Positions 24,396-33,707 of a DNA stretch of 64,000 nucleotides are shown piece after piece. The stretch's first letter is position 1. Every line of letters begins with the position of its first letter. The notes below the pieces were generated by a model. It worked only from the letters and a program-made list of their open reading frames with translations, had not been told where the DNA came from and ran no database searches. A program made the position numbers and the translations under genes. The DNA is from Firmicutes bacterium UBA5493 (GTDB taxonomy: Bacteria > Bacillota > Limnochordia > Darwinibacteriales > Darwinibacteriaceae), in assembly GCA_002424045.1 (NCBI GenBank), contig DIPH01000044.1, positions 35,038 to 99,037 of the forward strand, written 5' to 3'.

Positions 24396-24432
24396 GAACC
24401 TAATAACTCTTGGGAAGGATGTACCTTATTCT

Positions 24433-25203
24433 ATGAAAAAACTAGTTGTGCTCATGCTCACCGTCGTGCTGTTCCTTGGCCTTTCATCCCTAGCTTTCGC
24501 CGATGGAGTGCTCAAAGTTGCCACTGAAGCCGGTTTCATGCCCTTTGAATATGTGGGAGAAGAGACTGGCGAACTACTAGGCTTTGATATGGACCTTATC
24601 AGGGCCGTTGGCGAAGTCCTAGGTCTAGAGGTTCAAATTGACAACATAAGTTGGGACGGCCTCATTCCCGCTCTCTTAAATAATAATTATCACGCAGTGA
24701 TTGCTGGTGTTACCATCACCCCTGAACGTAAGGAAAGCGTGAGTTTTTCCAACCCCTACTTTGAATCTGTTCTAACCGTCGTGACCAAAAAGAACGAAAC
24801 GAACGTAGCGAGCTTAGATGACCTAACTGGAAAAGCCGCTGCAGTACAGATTAACACCACAGGGGACTTTACCGCAAGTGACCTTTATGACGAGGGTCTG
24901 CTCAAGAGTGTATCCCGTTTTGATACCGTTGCAGATGCTATGCAGGCTGTGATGATCGGCGCCGCAGACGTAGTCATAGTTGATCTTCCCGTGGCCGAAG
25001 CCTATCTAGAAGCTAACCCCACGGCCCCCTTAAAGAATGTGGGAGCTGTATCGGCCAATGAACACTACGGCATTGCCATTCATAAGAACAATGGCCAATT
25101 GCTAGAGCAAATCAATGCCGCCCTGGCCGAATTGGAGAAAAACGGAACCTACGATGAAATCTACGGAAAATGGTTTGGAGCAAGTGCATCTGAAACAAAC
25201 TAG
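24433..25203 (+). CDS. Basic amino acid ABC transporter substrate-binding protein (probably arginine)
   Basis: Signal peptide; FMPFE, GFDMDL, WDGLIPAL, ITPERK, FSNPY, YGIA; ARG boxes upstream. Confidence 0.9.
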   Translation: MKKLVVLMLTVVLFLGLSSLAFADGVLKVATEAGFMPFEYVGEETGELLGFDMDLIRAVGEVLGLEVQIDNISWDGLIPALLNNNYHAVIAGVTITPERKESVSFSNPYFESVLTVVTKKNETNVASLDDLTGKAAAVQINTTGDFTASDLYDEGLLKSVSRFDTVADAMQAVMIGAADVVIVDLPVAEAYLEANPTAPLKNVGAVSANEHYGIAIHKNNGQLLEQINAALAELEKNGTYDEIYGKWFGASASETN

Positions 25204-25239
25204 TTCTGGATGAGATATGCCGGAAAGGAGACTTTAAAC

Positions 25240-25890
25240 TTGGACTTTCGCTGGGATCTGGTTTGGAGCTCACTGCCAACACTTCTGACAGGGGCCAAAC
25301 TGACTGTACAACTAACTTCTATCTCTGTCTTTTTCGGCATCATCCTCGGAACTTTCGCTGGCATAGCCAGAATTACCAAAGGACTCTTTAATGCTGTGGC
25401 AGCCACATACATCGATGTGATTCGGGGAACCCCGCTTTTGGTGCAAACATTCTTAATCTTTTACGGTTTGCCCAGCCTGATCCAGCGACCTATCCCAGCC
25501 TATGTGGCAGCGGTTTTGGCCTTGAGTGTTAATAGCGGCGCCTACGTGGGCGAAATCGTCCGTTCTGGAATCCAATCCATTGATCGAGGACAATGGGAAG
25601 CAGCTGCTTCCCTCGGACACTCCCGTCTTCAGACCATGGGATACATCATTTTACCTCAAGCCTTCAGGAGAATGCTTCCCCCCTTAGGCAACGAATTCAT
25701 TGCTCTACTTAAGGATTCGTCTCTAGTCTCTGTTATTGCTCTCGAAGAGTTAGTTCGCAAGGGGCAACTGATCATTGGCCGCACCTTCCGTCCCTTTGAA
25801 GTATGGTTGGCCGTGGCCATGATCTACTTTGTGATGACCTTTACGGTCTCTCGGTTCGTCAACATGCTAGAACGAAGAGTATCATCGTGA
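25240..25890 (+). CDS. Amino acid ABC transporter permease
   Basis: IRGTPLLVQ, AYVGEIVRSGI, EAA loop, LLKDSSL; TTG start after AAGGAG. Confidence 0.92.
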   Translation: MDFRWDLVWSSLPTLLTGAKLTVQLTSISVFFGIILGTFAGIARITKGLFNAVAATYIDVIRGTPLLVQTFLIFYGLPSLIQRPIPAYVAAVLALSVNSGAYVGEIVRSGIQSIDRGQWEAAASLGHSRLQTMGYIILPQAFRRMLPPLGNEFIALLKDSSLVSVIALEELVRKGQLIIGRTFRPFEVWLAVAMIYFVMTFTVSRFVNMLERRVSS

Positions 25891-25892
25891 TC

Positions 25893-26645
25893 TTAGTACT
25901 GTTTTCGGCCATCGCGATAAAGGCGCCAGTCCGATCCCCTTAAAAATTGGTGTAAGTTATGGCCGATAATGCGCGAAGCCACCCGCATGCCAACCCTAGC
26001 CTCAAAGTCATGTAGCTCATAATTACTAGTGAACACCGTGGGCTTCAGATTGGTCAACCGACCGTCTACGATGAGCAACAAACGCTCCGTGGTCCAAGGG
26101 GTTTCGCGTTCACTACCAATATCATCCAAGATCAGAAGATCTGCGGACAGCAATTCATCAAGATTAACATTGCTTGTCCGCATTTTCTCCAAGAGAATGG
26201 GTAGACAGGCAAAGGACACTGAATAATTATCCTTAAGCATATTGGCGATAGCACAAGCCAAATGCGTCTTCCCGGTTCCTGAGGGTCCCATCAGCAAAAT
26301 CCCGCGACCTTGGGGGACATTTGGGAAACGCTTCGCAAAAGAACGGCAGGCGTCATAGGATGTTCTATTCATAGCGGTGACATTGAAGGTTTGAAAGGTG
26401 TGTTCCCTAAGCCCTAACGGCAATGGGTCACGACGATCGGTACGAATTAACAGATTTTGCTGCTTGGCGCGTTCGCGGGAGCGCTCTTTTTTTACACAGC
26501 TACAATCTGATAATAACCAGTGTCCCTTAGCTAAAGGTGCCAACATAGGAAACGGATGGCGGTAATAGGTCTCGACCCGTAGCTCACCACATCCCGCGCA
26601 CACCTTGCCGCTAAAAAAAGAGCGCCTCAAACCATGATCACTCAT
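25893..26645 (-). CDS. DnaC/DnaI/IstB-like AAA+ helicase loader with N-terminal Zn motif
   Basis: CAGC...CSC; GPSGTGKTHLA; LLILDDIGSE; PTVFTSN; RVASRI; GSDWR. Start either ATG 26645 (coupled to the upstream stop) or GTG 26729. Confidence 0.85.
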   Translation of the reverse strand: MSDHGLRRSFFSGKVCAGCGELRVETYYRHPFPMLAPLAKGHWLLSDCSCVKKERSRERAKQQNLLIRTDRRDPLPLGLREHTFQTFNVTAMNRTSYDACRSFAKRFPNVPQGRGILLMGPSGTGKTHLACAIANMLKDNYSVSFACLPILLEKMRTSNVNLDELLSADLLILDDIGSERETPWTTERLLLIVDGRLTNLKPTVFTSNYELHDFEARVGMRVASRIIGHNLHQFLRGSDWRLYRDGRKQY

Positions 26646-27045
26646 CCAGCCACGTGAAGAGGCTGCGATCTTGTTTTGATTCAGCATAGGTAAAATCTTC
26701 CCTCCGGACTTTCCTCTTAGTTTGGACACGTCCTTCCCTCCCTGCACTGATCTGATCTTCGTTAATAGCAGACCAATATGTGTAAAAGTGCTCATCGGTA
26801 GTAATTCCATGATTCAACCAATCTTGGATAATTGCATAAATGTAATTAAAAGAAATCCGCTTGTTCTTGCCTTCTAAGCGGCTGCGGCGCTGTTCCTGCG
26901 TGGCCCTTAAAATGGCACACCCAATGACAAAAGGGGTCATCCCCTCGTCGTGGGCAGCACAAAGCTTCTCCTTTTGGGCACTTGATAGAAGCGCCACTTT
27001 TTGTTGGTACAACGTAAAGACATCCTCCATTTTAGGATCGACCAT
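26638..27045 (-). CDS. DnaD-domain (DDBH2) protein
   Basis: FTLYQQ... and NYIYAIIQDWLNHGITT match the YxxxIxxxW DnaD/DnaB_2 motif; overlaps the DnaC-like gene. Confidence 0.75.
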   Translation of the reverse strand: MVDPKMEDVFTLYQQKVALLSSAQKEKLCAAHDEGMTPFVIGCAILRATQEQRRSRLEGKNKRISFNYIYAIIQDWLNHGITTDEHFYTYWSAINEDQISAGREGRVQTKRKVRREDFTYAESKQDRSLFTWLDE

Positions 27046-27874
27046 GACGCCACCTCCATAGACAAAAGACTCCGAAAACCCAAGCCACAGCTAAGGCTCC
27101 TAGTAGCATAGGTATCACTTGGGTCCTTCCTTCGTAAACAGGATACAACACTCCCTGGGCGAGTTGAGCCTTTTGACTCCTAGCTCCAAAGCGGGGAGAC
27201 AAAAGGTCAAAGACTGGGGTCCCTGTGCCACCTACTTGCCAAGGCCCTTCTCCAAGATCTCTCCAAGAACCCTCCGCCAGACCATCAAAGGAACCTACAA
27301 GGACATAATAACCCCAGTCGGAGTTGTGCTGGGGTAGTACATCATTCTCTACTTGCACGCGAATGGTCTGCCTTGCGGGTAGACTACGGCTCGTTACTCC
27401 TTTACTAAGAATCTCTACCTGACCGTCTTCACCGAGCACGTAAAGCCGGCTCTCATCAAAGGGAGCTATGCTTAAACGCACGTTCCAACCCGCATCCGGT
27501 GCTGTTTGCAGCTTGTGGGGCCCAAGGTAAATATCAGTAAGCGGCGAAGGTTCCCCCGTTTGTATATACACTTCGAGACGCTGATGAAAGTACCCTTCCG
27601 GTGCTTGAAAAGGATTCGTTAACGCTGCAAATTCGAAGTCAAAGTAGAGGTTGTGCTCATCTCGACTCACCTCAAATTGTAACAGATCAAATAGCCCAGG
27701 CACATATACCGCATGGTCAGGATAGAGAAGATCCCCTCCTCCCACATCGTCCCCGCGAGCATCTGTAAATCGAACAATGGTCTCCCAATCGGTCTGGTCT
27801 CGCGCCTGCATTTGAGGGGAGGCCCCTAGTAAAATGATGCACAGAATCGCCGCCCCTAGTATTCGTACAAACAC
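27032..27874 (-). CDS. Secreted glucodextranase-C/DOMON-like domain protein with C-terminal TM anchor
   Basis: Signal peptide; DARGDDVGGG..YP, FDL, NPF.AP.G...Q.LEVYI, YYVLVGSFDG; hydrophobic C-terminus and basic tail. Confidence 0.7.
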   Translation of the reverse strand: MFVRILGAAILCIILLGASPQMQARDQTDWETIVRFTDARGDDVGGGDLLYPDHAVYVPGLFDLLQFEVSRDEHNLYFDFEFAALTNPFQAPEGYFHQRLEVYIQTGEPSPLTDIYLGPHKLQTAPDAGWNVRLSIAPFDESRLYVLGEDGQVEILSKGVTSRSLPARQTIRVQVENDVLPQHNSDWGYYVLVGSFDGLAEGSWRDLGEGPWQVGGTGTPVFDLLSPRFGARSQKAQLAQGVLYPVYEGRTQVIPMLLGALAVAWVFGVFCLWRWRHGRS

Positions 27875-27916
27875 GCCAATCCCCCCTTAAGGGATTGTAT
27901 GCGAGTTGTCACTTCT

Positions 27917-29029
27917 TTATCTATAAACCCGTTCGATGCGGCTGCTGAGCATGGAAGTAATTTCGTAGTTGATGGTTCCCAAAATCTTGGCCCAGTGGTG
28001 GGCATGGATCTCGTGTGTTCCGTCGGTTCCAAGCAAAATGACCTCATCACCAATGGACGCTGGCAAATCTCCCACATCAACTAAGGTGTGATCCATGGTG
28101 ATATTTCCCACCATGGGACACAAGGTTCCCTTGATCAAGACCTGTCCCCGATTGCTGAGCCCCCTAGACAAGCCATCTGCATAACCAATGGGCAGAACCG
28201 CAAGGGATGTCTCTTTTTCTGTCACATAGGTACTGTCATAACTCACCGCGCTGCCAGCCGGCACCCTTTTTACAAAGGCAACTTTCGTTTTCAAGCTCAA
28301 GGCAGGCTTAAGGTGCAGCGGCCTGCGAGCATCTGGGTACATGCCATATATGCCAAGGCCCACCCTGACTAAGTCCAAATGGGACTCAGGGAAGAACAGC
28401 GTAGCGGCTGTGTTCGCCGCGTGGACATAGGGAATGGAAATTCCCCTTGCCCTAAGGTCATCTCGAACAGCTTGAAACCTCTCCCACTGCCACCTAGTGT
28501 AGATGAGATCTTCCTGATCAGCCTGGGCGAAGTGGGTGAAAACACCGTGTATTTCTAATCCTGGGAGCCCTCTTACAAGCTCTACCAGATTACCAAAATC
28601 CTTAGGTAAAAGACCCAAACGTCCCATACCTGTATCCACTTTAATGTGGACTTTGGCCGACTTTTGCTGGGCAACGGCAGCCTGGGACAAAAGCCTCGCT
28701 ATATGGGGTTCGAAGACCGTAACCCCTAGATCTGCCGCTACACATATATCTAACTCATCGGCCCCCACAGCTCCTAAGACAAGAATGGGCGCGGTAATTC
28801 CGCCCCGACGAAGCCTCACAGCTTCTTCTGGGAGTGCCACCGCTAACCAGTTGGTCCCATTGGCGATCATTGTATACGCTGTTTCTAAAGCACCGTGGCC
28901 ATAAGCATTTGCCTTAACAACGGCCATAAGCTCACAGTGGGGCCCTAAAAAATCGCGAAATTGCCTGACATTATAAGCAATCGCATCTAAACTGACTTCT
29001 GCCCAAACAGACCTAGTAAGCTTACTCAT
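27917..29029 (-). CDS. alr: Alanine racemase
   Basis: AVVKANAYGHG, HIKVDTGMGRLG, PIGYADG, GTINYE. Confidence 0.96.
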   Translation of the reverse strand: MSKLTRSVWAEVSLDAIAYNVRQFRDFLGPHCELMAVVKANAYGHGALETAYTMIANGTNWLAVALPEEAVRLRRGGITAPILVLGAVGADELDICVAADLGVTVFEPHIARLLSQAAVAQQKSAKVHIKVDTGMGRLGLLPKDFGNLVELVRGLPGLEIHGVFTHFAQADQEDLIYTRWQWERFQAVRDDLRARGISIPYVHAANTAATLFFPESHLDLVRVGLGIYGMYPDARRPLHLKPALSLKTKVAFVKRVPAGSAVSYDSTYVTEKETSLAVLPIGYADGLSRGLSNRGQVLIKGTLCPMVGNITMDHTLVDVGDLPASIGDEVILLGTDGTHEIHAHHWAKILGTINYEITSMLSSRIERVYR

Positions 29030-30543
29030 GACAGAATCTCCTGGACTGTTTGGAGAATGTCACTGGCCTTTAGTCCACGCTGACCCTTTAGTCCGGCCAC
29101 ATCCCCAGCCTTTCCGTGGACATAAACTCCCAAGGCACTAGCCTTAAGCGGATCTAAGCCCTGACTGAGCAAGGCTGCAATTAGTCCAGTTAAAACATCT
29201 CCACTCCCTGCTGTGGCCATTCCAGAATTTCCCGAACTGTTGATATAGGTGTTTTCCGCGCCAGCAACAATGGTGGGAGCACCTTTTAAAACCACCACCA
29301 CATTCCATGCTTTAGCAAACTCCTGGGAGACTTCCAAGCGACTAGCATTTACCGCCTGTGCGTCACTCGATATGAGCCGGGCCATTTCCCCAGGATGTGG
29401 AGTTACAATCCACCGCCTTCGCCTATCTTCAGATACGCTCTTCAAGAAGTCTGCATCTAGAGCAAGAAGTGCATCTGCATCGATGACACATGGGCCCTCC
29501 CACTTACGCAAAAGTTCCTGCACCACCTGGATAACCTCTGGTAGCCTAGTCAAACCAGGTCCGATGGCAAGTACATCCTTATCCTCCATGAGCTCAAGAA
29601 GCTCTTGTAAGCTTGGCACACCAATCGTACCCCGTTCCGTTTCCCCTAGAGGCGCAAGGATAACTTCATCGGGAGTGAAACGGTCAGAAATACTCGCCGG
29701 CACAGCTAAGGTTACCATGCCTCCACCGCCCCGCAAGACTGCCTGGGCACTGAGAAAAGCTGCTCCGGCATACGTCTTCGATCCAGCCACAACCAGAGTA
29801 TGCCCAAAGGAACCCTTGTGACTCCAGGGTTCGCGATCAGGTAACCAGCTCAAGTTGTGGTCACCAAGAAGAAAGCGGGTGCCTTCATTCGTCAGAGGAA
29901 AACCCAAATCCACGACCACATTACGACCAGCATAGGCTTGACCTGGATAAAGTACACAACCGACTTTAAGAAATCCAAGATTAATGGTCAAGTCCGCTTG
30001 CATTGCTGTGGTGCGCACTTCGCCACTTGTGGCATTCACTCCAGTTGGGCAGTCGATGGCCACGAGGGGGCACCTAATCTCGTTAACCACCGATACCAGA
30101 GATTCCAGTTCAGAATCGAGTCCGCCAGAAAACCCTGTACCAAAAATCGCGTCTATGATCAAGTCAGCCAACCCAAGGCTGAACTTGAGTTTTCCCATCT
30201 GCCCAGCCTCAACCGTGGAAAAGTCCACTCCCAGTTTGCGTAAGATCTTAAGGTTCGTGCTATTGTCCTTGGAAAGTTTTTGCTGATTACCAACAAGGTA
30301 GACCTTGATGCGAGCACCGAGTGCCAAGAGCTGTCTCGCGACCACAAGGCCATCTCCTCCGTTATTGCCCGTACCTGCGAGAATATGAATACGTTTACCA
30401 TGCATAGACCCGTACTCTGTTTTCAACACTTCTACAACACGGCTTCCTGCGTTTTCCATCACCAACAAAGAAGGAAGCCCTAGTTTGGCAAAGGCCTCTT
30501 TTTCTATGGACTGCATTTCAGCACCGGTCACAACCTGCATCAC
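29026..30543 (-). CDS. nnr: Bifunctional NAD(P)HX epimerase/dehydratase
   Basis: GTGNNGGDG, DAIFGTG, HKGSFG, TPHPGE, GSGDVLTG. Confidence 0.95.
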   Translation of the reverse strand: MMQVVTGAEMQSIEKEAFAKLGLPSLLVMENAGSRVVEVLKTEYGSMHGKRIHILAGTGNNGGDGLVVARQLLALGARIKVYLVGNQQKLSKDNSTNLKILRKLGVDFSTVEAGQMGKLKFSLGLADLIIDAIFGTGFSGGLDSELESLVSVVNEIRCPLVAIDCPTGVNATSGEVRTTAMQADLTINLGFLKVGCVLYPGQAYAGRNVVVDLGFPLTNEGTRFLLGDHNLSWLPDREPWSHKGSFGHTLVVAGSKTYAGAAFLSAQAVLRGGGGMVTLAVPASISDRFTPDEVILAPLGETERGTIGVPSLQELLELMEDKDVLAIGPGLTRLPEVIQVVQELLRKWEGPCVIDADALLALDADFLKSVSEDRRRRWIVTPHPGEMARLISSDAQAVNASRLEVSQEFAKAWNVVVVLKGAPTIVAGAENTYINSSGNSGMATAGSGDVLTGLIAALLSQGLDPLKASALGVYVHGKAGDVAGLKGQRGLKASDILQTVQEILS

Positions 30544-30926
30544 TATTCCTCCCCAAGGGCAATGACATACGCCATAGCCAGTTCTTTGGTATGTGACAAG
30601 CTCAATACAAATCGGGTAATTCCAAGGTCAGCGGCTACGTCTAGGGCTGGTTGCAAAAGACGAACCTGGGGCTGTCCCACGGAATTTGTGAAGATTTCGA
30701 TGGATCCAAAAGGAACCCCCTGCCGGAAGCCTAGGCCCACCGCTTTCATCACCGCCTCCTTAGCGGCAAAACGAGCTGCCCAGGATTGGGTCCTCCGACT
30801 CTTCAAATCATCCCTTTCGTACTCGGTGTAAATCGTCTCCCGAAAACTCCTACGCTTCAATGCCTTTTCTATACGAGCGATTTCTACCAAGTCAACTCCA
30901 CAGCCTTTAACTGACACGACTACCAC
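30543..30926 (-). CDS. acpS: Holo-ACP synthase
   Basis: GVDLVEIAR, RFAAKEAVMKA, LSLSHT. Confidence 0.93.
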   Translation of the reverse strand: MVVVSVKGCGVDLVEIARIEKALKRRSFRETIYTEYERDDLKSRRTQSWAARFAAKEAVMKAVGLGFRQGVPFGSIEIFTNSVGQPQVRLLQPALDVAADLGITRFVLSLSHTKELAMAYVIALGEE

Positions 30927-32253
30927 CCTGTTCTTCCCTGATCGTCTGCACTACCCGTTGGATACAAGATTGCAGCACAGTTGCATCGGGATGTTCTCCC
31001 AAGACACGAATCATGGGCTCTGTCCCGGAGGCCCGCACAAAAAGTCGACCCATGGGCCCGAGTTCCTGTTCAGCCTGGCTGATGACCCCTTGAATCCGCT
31101 GGTTGTCTTGCCAACCTTCTTTCTTCTCCACCGTGATATTGACCAAGCTTTGGGGGAAAACCACCATATCTTCTGCGAGGCTTGCGAGGGTTTGTCCTTG
31201 AATCCGCCTCATCTCCAAGAGTTTTAAAGCAGATAAGATACCATCACCCGTTGTGGAGTTCTCCAAAAAGATGATATGTCCAGATTGCTCCCCTCCCAAA
31301 ATACAACCCATGCTCTGCATACTCTCCAGTACGAAGCGGTCTCCTGGTTTGGCATAGATCACATCTCCTCCTCGATCTACAAAGGCTTGGCGTAGCCCCC
31401 CATTGGAATAGGCTGTAGCAATGACTTTGTGGCCGGGCAGGCGATCGTGGCGGAGTAAGTGTAGACCGATAATTGCTAGAATCTGGTCGCCATTGAGTAG
31501 ATCGCCCCGTTCATCAACGGCTAAAATCCGATCGCCGTCACCATCAAAAGCAAACCCTAAGTCGCAACTGGCCCCTTTTGTGAGGTTCTGGATTTTTTCA
31601 GGAAAGGTAGAACCGCAGAAATGATTGATATTAACGCCATTAGGCTGATCATAGAAAGACTTGACCTCAGCACCCAAATCCCTGAGAATCCTGGCAGCAA
31701 TGGACGAAGTAGCCCCATTGGCACAGTCAATGGCCAAGCGAAGGCCGTGAAGATCAACAGGGACCTGTTCTTTTAGGTCCTGCACATAAAGCTCCACCGC
31801 TTCATGCTTGGTAATGACCTTCCCCACATCGCCTCCGATAGGTCTTAGGACATCATCTTCCTCTATGAGTTCTTCAATTCTTCCCTCCAAATGTTCGGAG
31901 AGCTTAAACCCATCGGAGCCAAAGACCTTGATTCCATTATCCTGAAGAGGGTTGTGGGAAGCGGAGATCATAATCCCAGCAGAACAACCAAGCTCCTTTG
32001 TCAAATAAGCTACCGCGGGGGTTGGCACTACGCCTACCAAAATGACATCAAGTCCACTGGAAGCAATCCCAGCCCCTAAAGCTCCTTCTAGCATCTGACC
32101 GGAGAGGCGAGGGTCCCGTCCAATCAGAATGGGACTTTTGCCCTCGTTACCCAGCACTAGAGCTGTAGCCCGCCCTACTCTCAAAGCCAATTCGGCTGTG
32201 AGCTCGCGATTTGCTACACCACGTATACCATCTGTTCCGAAAAACTTCAGCAC
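30907..32253 (-). CDS. glmM: Phosphoglucosamine mutase
   Basis: FGTDGIRG, ISASHNP, DGDGDR, GGEQSGH, RASGTEP; follows cdaAR. Confidence 0.95.
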   Translation of the reverse strand: MLKFFGTDGIRGVANRELTAELALRVGRATALVLGNEGKSPILIGRDPRLSGQMLEGALGAGIASSGLDVILVGVVPTPAVAYLTKELGCSAGIMISASHNPLQDNGIKVFGSDGFKLSEHLEGRIEELIEEDDVLRPIGGDVGKVITKHEAVELYVQDLKEQVPVDLHGLRLAIDCANGATSSIAARILRDLGAEVKSFYDQPNGVNINHFCGSTFPEKIQNLTKGASCDLGFAFDGDGDRILAVDERGDLLNGDQILAIIGLHLLRHDRLPGHKVIATAYSNGGLRQAFVDRGGDVIYAKPGDRFVLESMQSMGCILGGEQSGHIIFLENSTTGDGILSALKLLEMRRIQGQTLASLAEDMVVFPQSLVNITVEKKEGWQDNQRIQGVISQAEQELGPMGRLFVRASGTEPMIRVLGEHPDATVLQSCIQRVVQTIREEQGGSRVS

Positions 32254-32256
32254 ACA

Positions 32257-32928
32257 CTATTCCTCCCCATTGTCTACGACTTCAATAACCCGGATCTCCG
32301 GAGGGTCAATGTCCAACCCATCTAGGCTACGACCCTGAGCATCTAAAGCCAGCACCGGAAACGACGTTTCTAAATTCAGCTCAGGATCAATGCCTAGATA
32401 AGCCACCACATGATCCACTCTCTCTAGTATACTGCGGGGACCCCTAACGGTGATTACCGCAGGTGAAGGCCTGATTTCCATCATCATACGATTGCGGTCA
32501 ATACCCAAAAAGACCAGGGTAACCGGGAATGCAGCCTCAGCAACATCTTCAGTATAAACACTCACCCACTGGGGGGTGACACTGACAACACTGATTCCCA
32601 AAGGGCCATCAACTTCAACACTATACGTTTCAGTACCTTGCACAGCACCAGCTAGATCGATGGAGGCAGAAACAGAACTCTCCCCCCGATTCACAAGAGG
32701 TGATAATCCTCTAATTCTCACTCTTACGCTTTCTGGTGGATCGACCAAGACCAAATCGGCGGGTATGTTCTGCACCTGCACCCCTAGGGTGATCGTCCGC
32801 TCCGTTTCACCAAGGGTGCCATCACCAGTGGCCAAAAGCCAAAAGATAATGGCTAAAGCTAAGGAAAAGAGGCGCCAATACACCTCTGGTTTCGTTAGGA
32901 AGGACCAAAGTTTGCTGATCCGGCTCAT
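32257..32928 (-). CDS. cdaR: CdaR (YbbR-domain) regulator, short form
   Basis: TM SLALAIIFW; two YbbR-like repeats (VRIRG, ITVRGP); sits between cdaA and glmM. Confidence 0.8.
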   Translation of the reverse strand: MSRISKLWSFLTKPEVYWRLFSLALAIIFWLLATGDGTLGETERTITLGVQVQNIPADLVLVDPPESVRVRIRGLSPLVNRGESSVSASIDLAGAVQGTETYSVEVDGPLGISVVSVTPQWVSVYTEDVAEAAFPVTLVFLGIDRNRMMMEIRPSPAVITVRGPRSILERVDHVVAYLGIDPELNLETSFPVLALDAQGRSLDGLDIDPPEIRVIEVVDNGEE

Positions 32929-33680
32929 AACGGTTCTCCCCCTCGCCAATAAAACTTCAGTTGTTCCTTGAGTCTCGCCTCCGTCAAGTATCTACGGAGG
33001 TTGCCTCCAACGGCAAGAGAAATTGTGCCCGTCTCTTCCGAAACTACAATGATCACTGCGTCTGTTTGTTCAGACATACCTACAGCCGCCCTGTGCCTTG
33101 TACCTAAACCTCCTCTTAACTGGCTATCTGTGAGGGGTAAGACGCAGCCAGCACTGGCAATACGACCGCCTGAAATAATGACGGCACCGTCATGGAGGGG
33201 ACTATTGGGCTCAAAGATGTTCAGCAACAGCTCGGTACTAATTAAGGCATCAAGTCTAATGCCTGTTTCTAGGAACTCATGTAAACCTACTTGACGATGG
33301 AGGACAATTAGAGCACCCGTTTTCTTTGCACTCAGTTGACCACATGCCTCGATTACAGCGTCCAGGTCAAACGCCTGCTGGCCCACGCCGCGACCGGCCA
33401 TCCAACCAAAGAGCTGGCCACGGCCTAGCTGTTCTAGACCCCGTCTTAGCTCAGGATAAAAGACAACGGGCAGAGCAACCAAGAACAAAGTTGTGGCCTG
33501 ATCGAGAAGCCAACTCACCGTACGCAAACTCAAGGCCCGGGCTACTACACTGCTAGAGAAAACGATGGCCAGTCCTTTGACCAATGTGGTGGCCCTTGTC
33601 CCCTGAATGGAGTAAATCACACGATAAACCACATAAGCCACAATGAGAATGTCAATGGCATCTCGAAGTGTGAAAAGCAC
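32925..33680 (-). CDS. cdaA: Diadenylate cyclase
   Basis: Three TMs; PELRRGLE, PLHDGA, GTRHRAA, VSEETG. Confidence 0.95.
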   Translation of the reverse strand: MLFTLRDAIDILIVAYVVYRVIYSIQGTRATTLVKGLAIVFSSSVVARALSLRTVSWLLDQATTLFLVALPVVFYPELRRGLEQLGRGQLFGWMAGRGVGQQAFDLDAVIEACGQLSAKKTGALIVLHRQVGLHEFLETGIRLDALISTELLLNIFEPNSPLHDGAVIISGGRIASAGCVLPLTDSQLRGGLGTRHRAAVGMSEQTDAVIIVVSEETGTISLAVGGNLRRYLTEARLKEQLKFYWRGGEPL

Positions 33681-33707
33681 CGAGAGTTCCCCCTTAGAAT
33701 CTCTTTC

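Noticed and set aside
25893-26645. IS21 helper IstB or a prophage
   Set aside because: No IstA transposase, terminal repeats or phage genes; the partner is DnaD-like.
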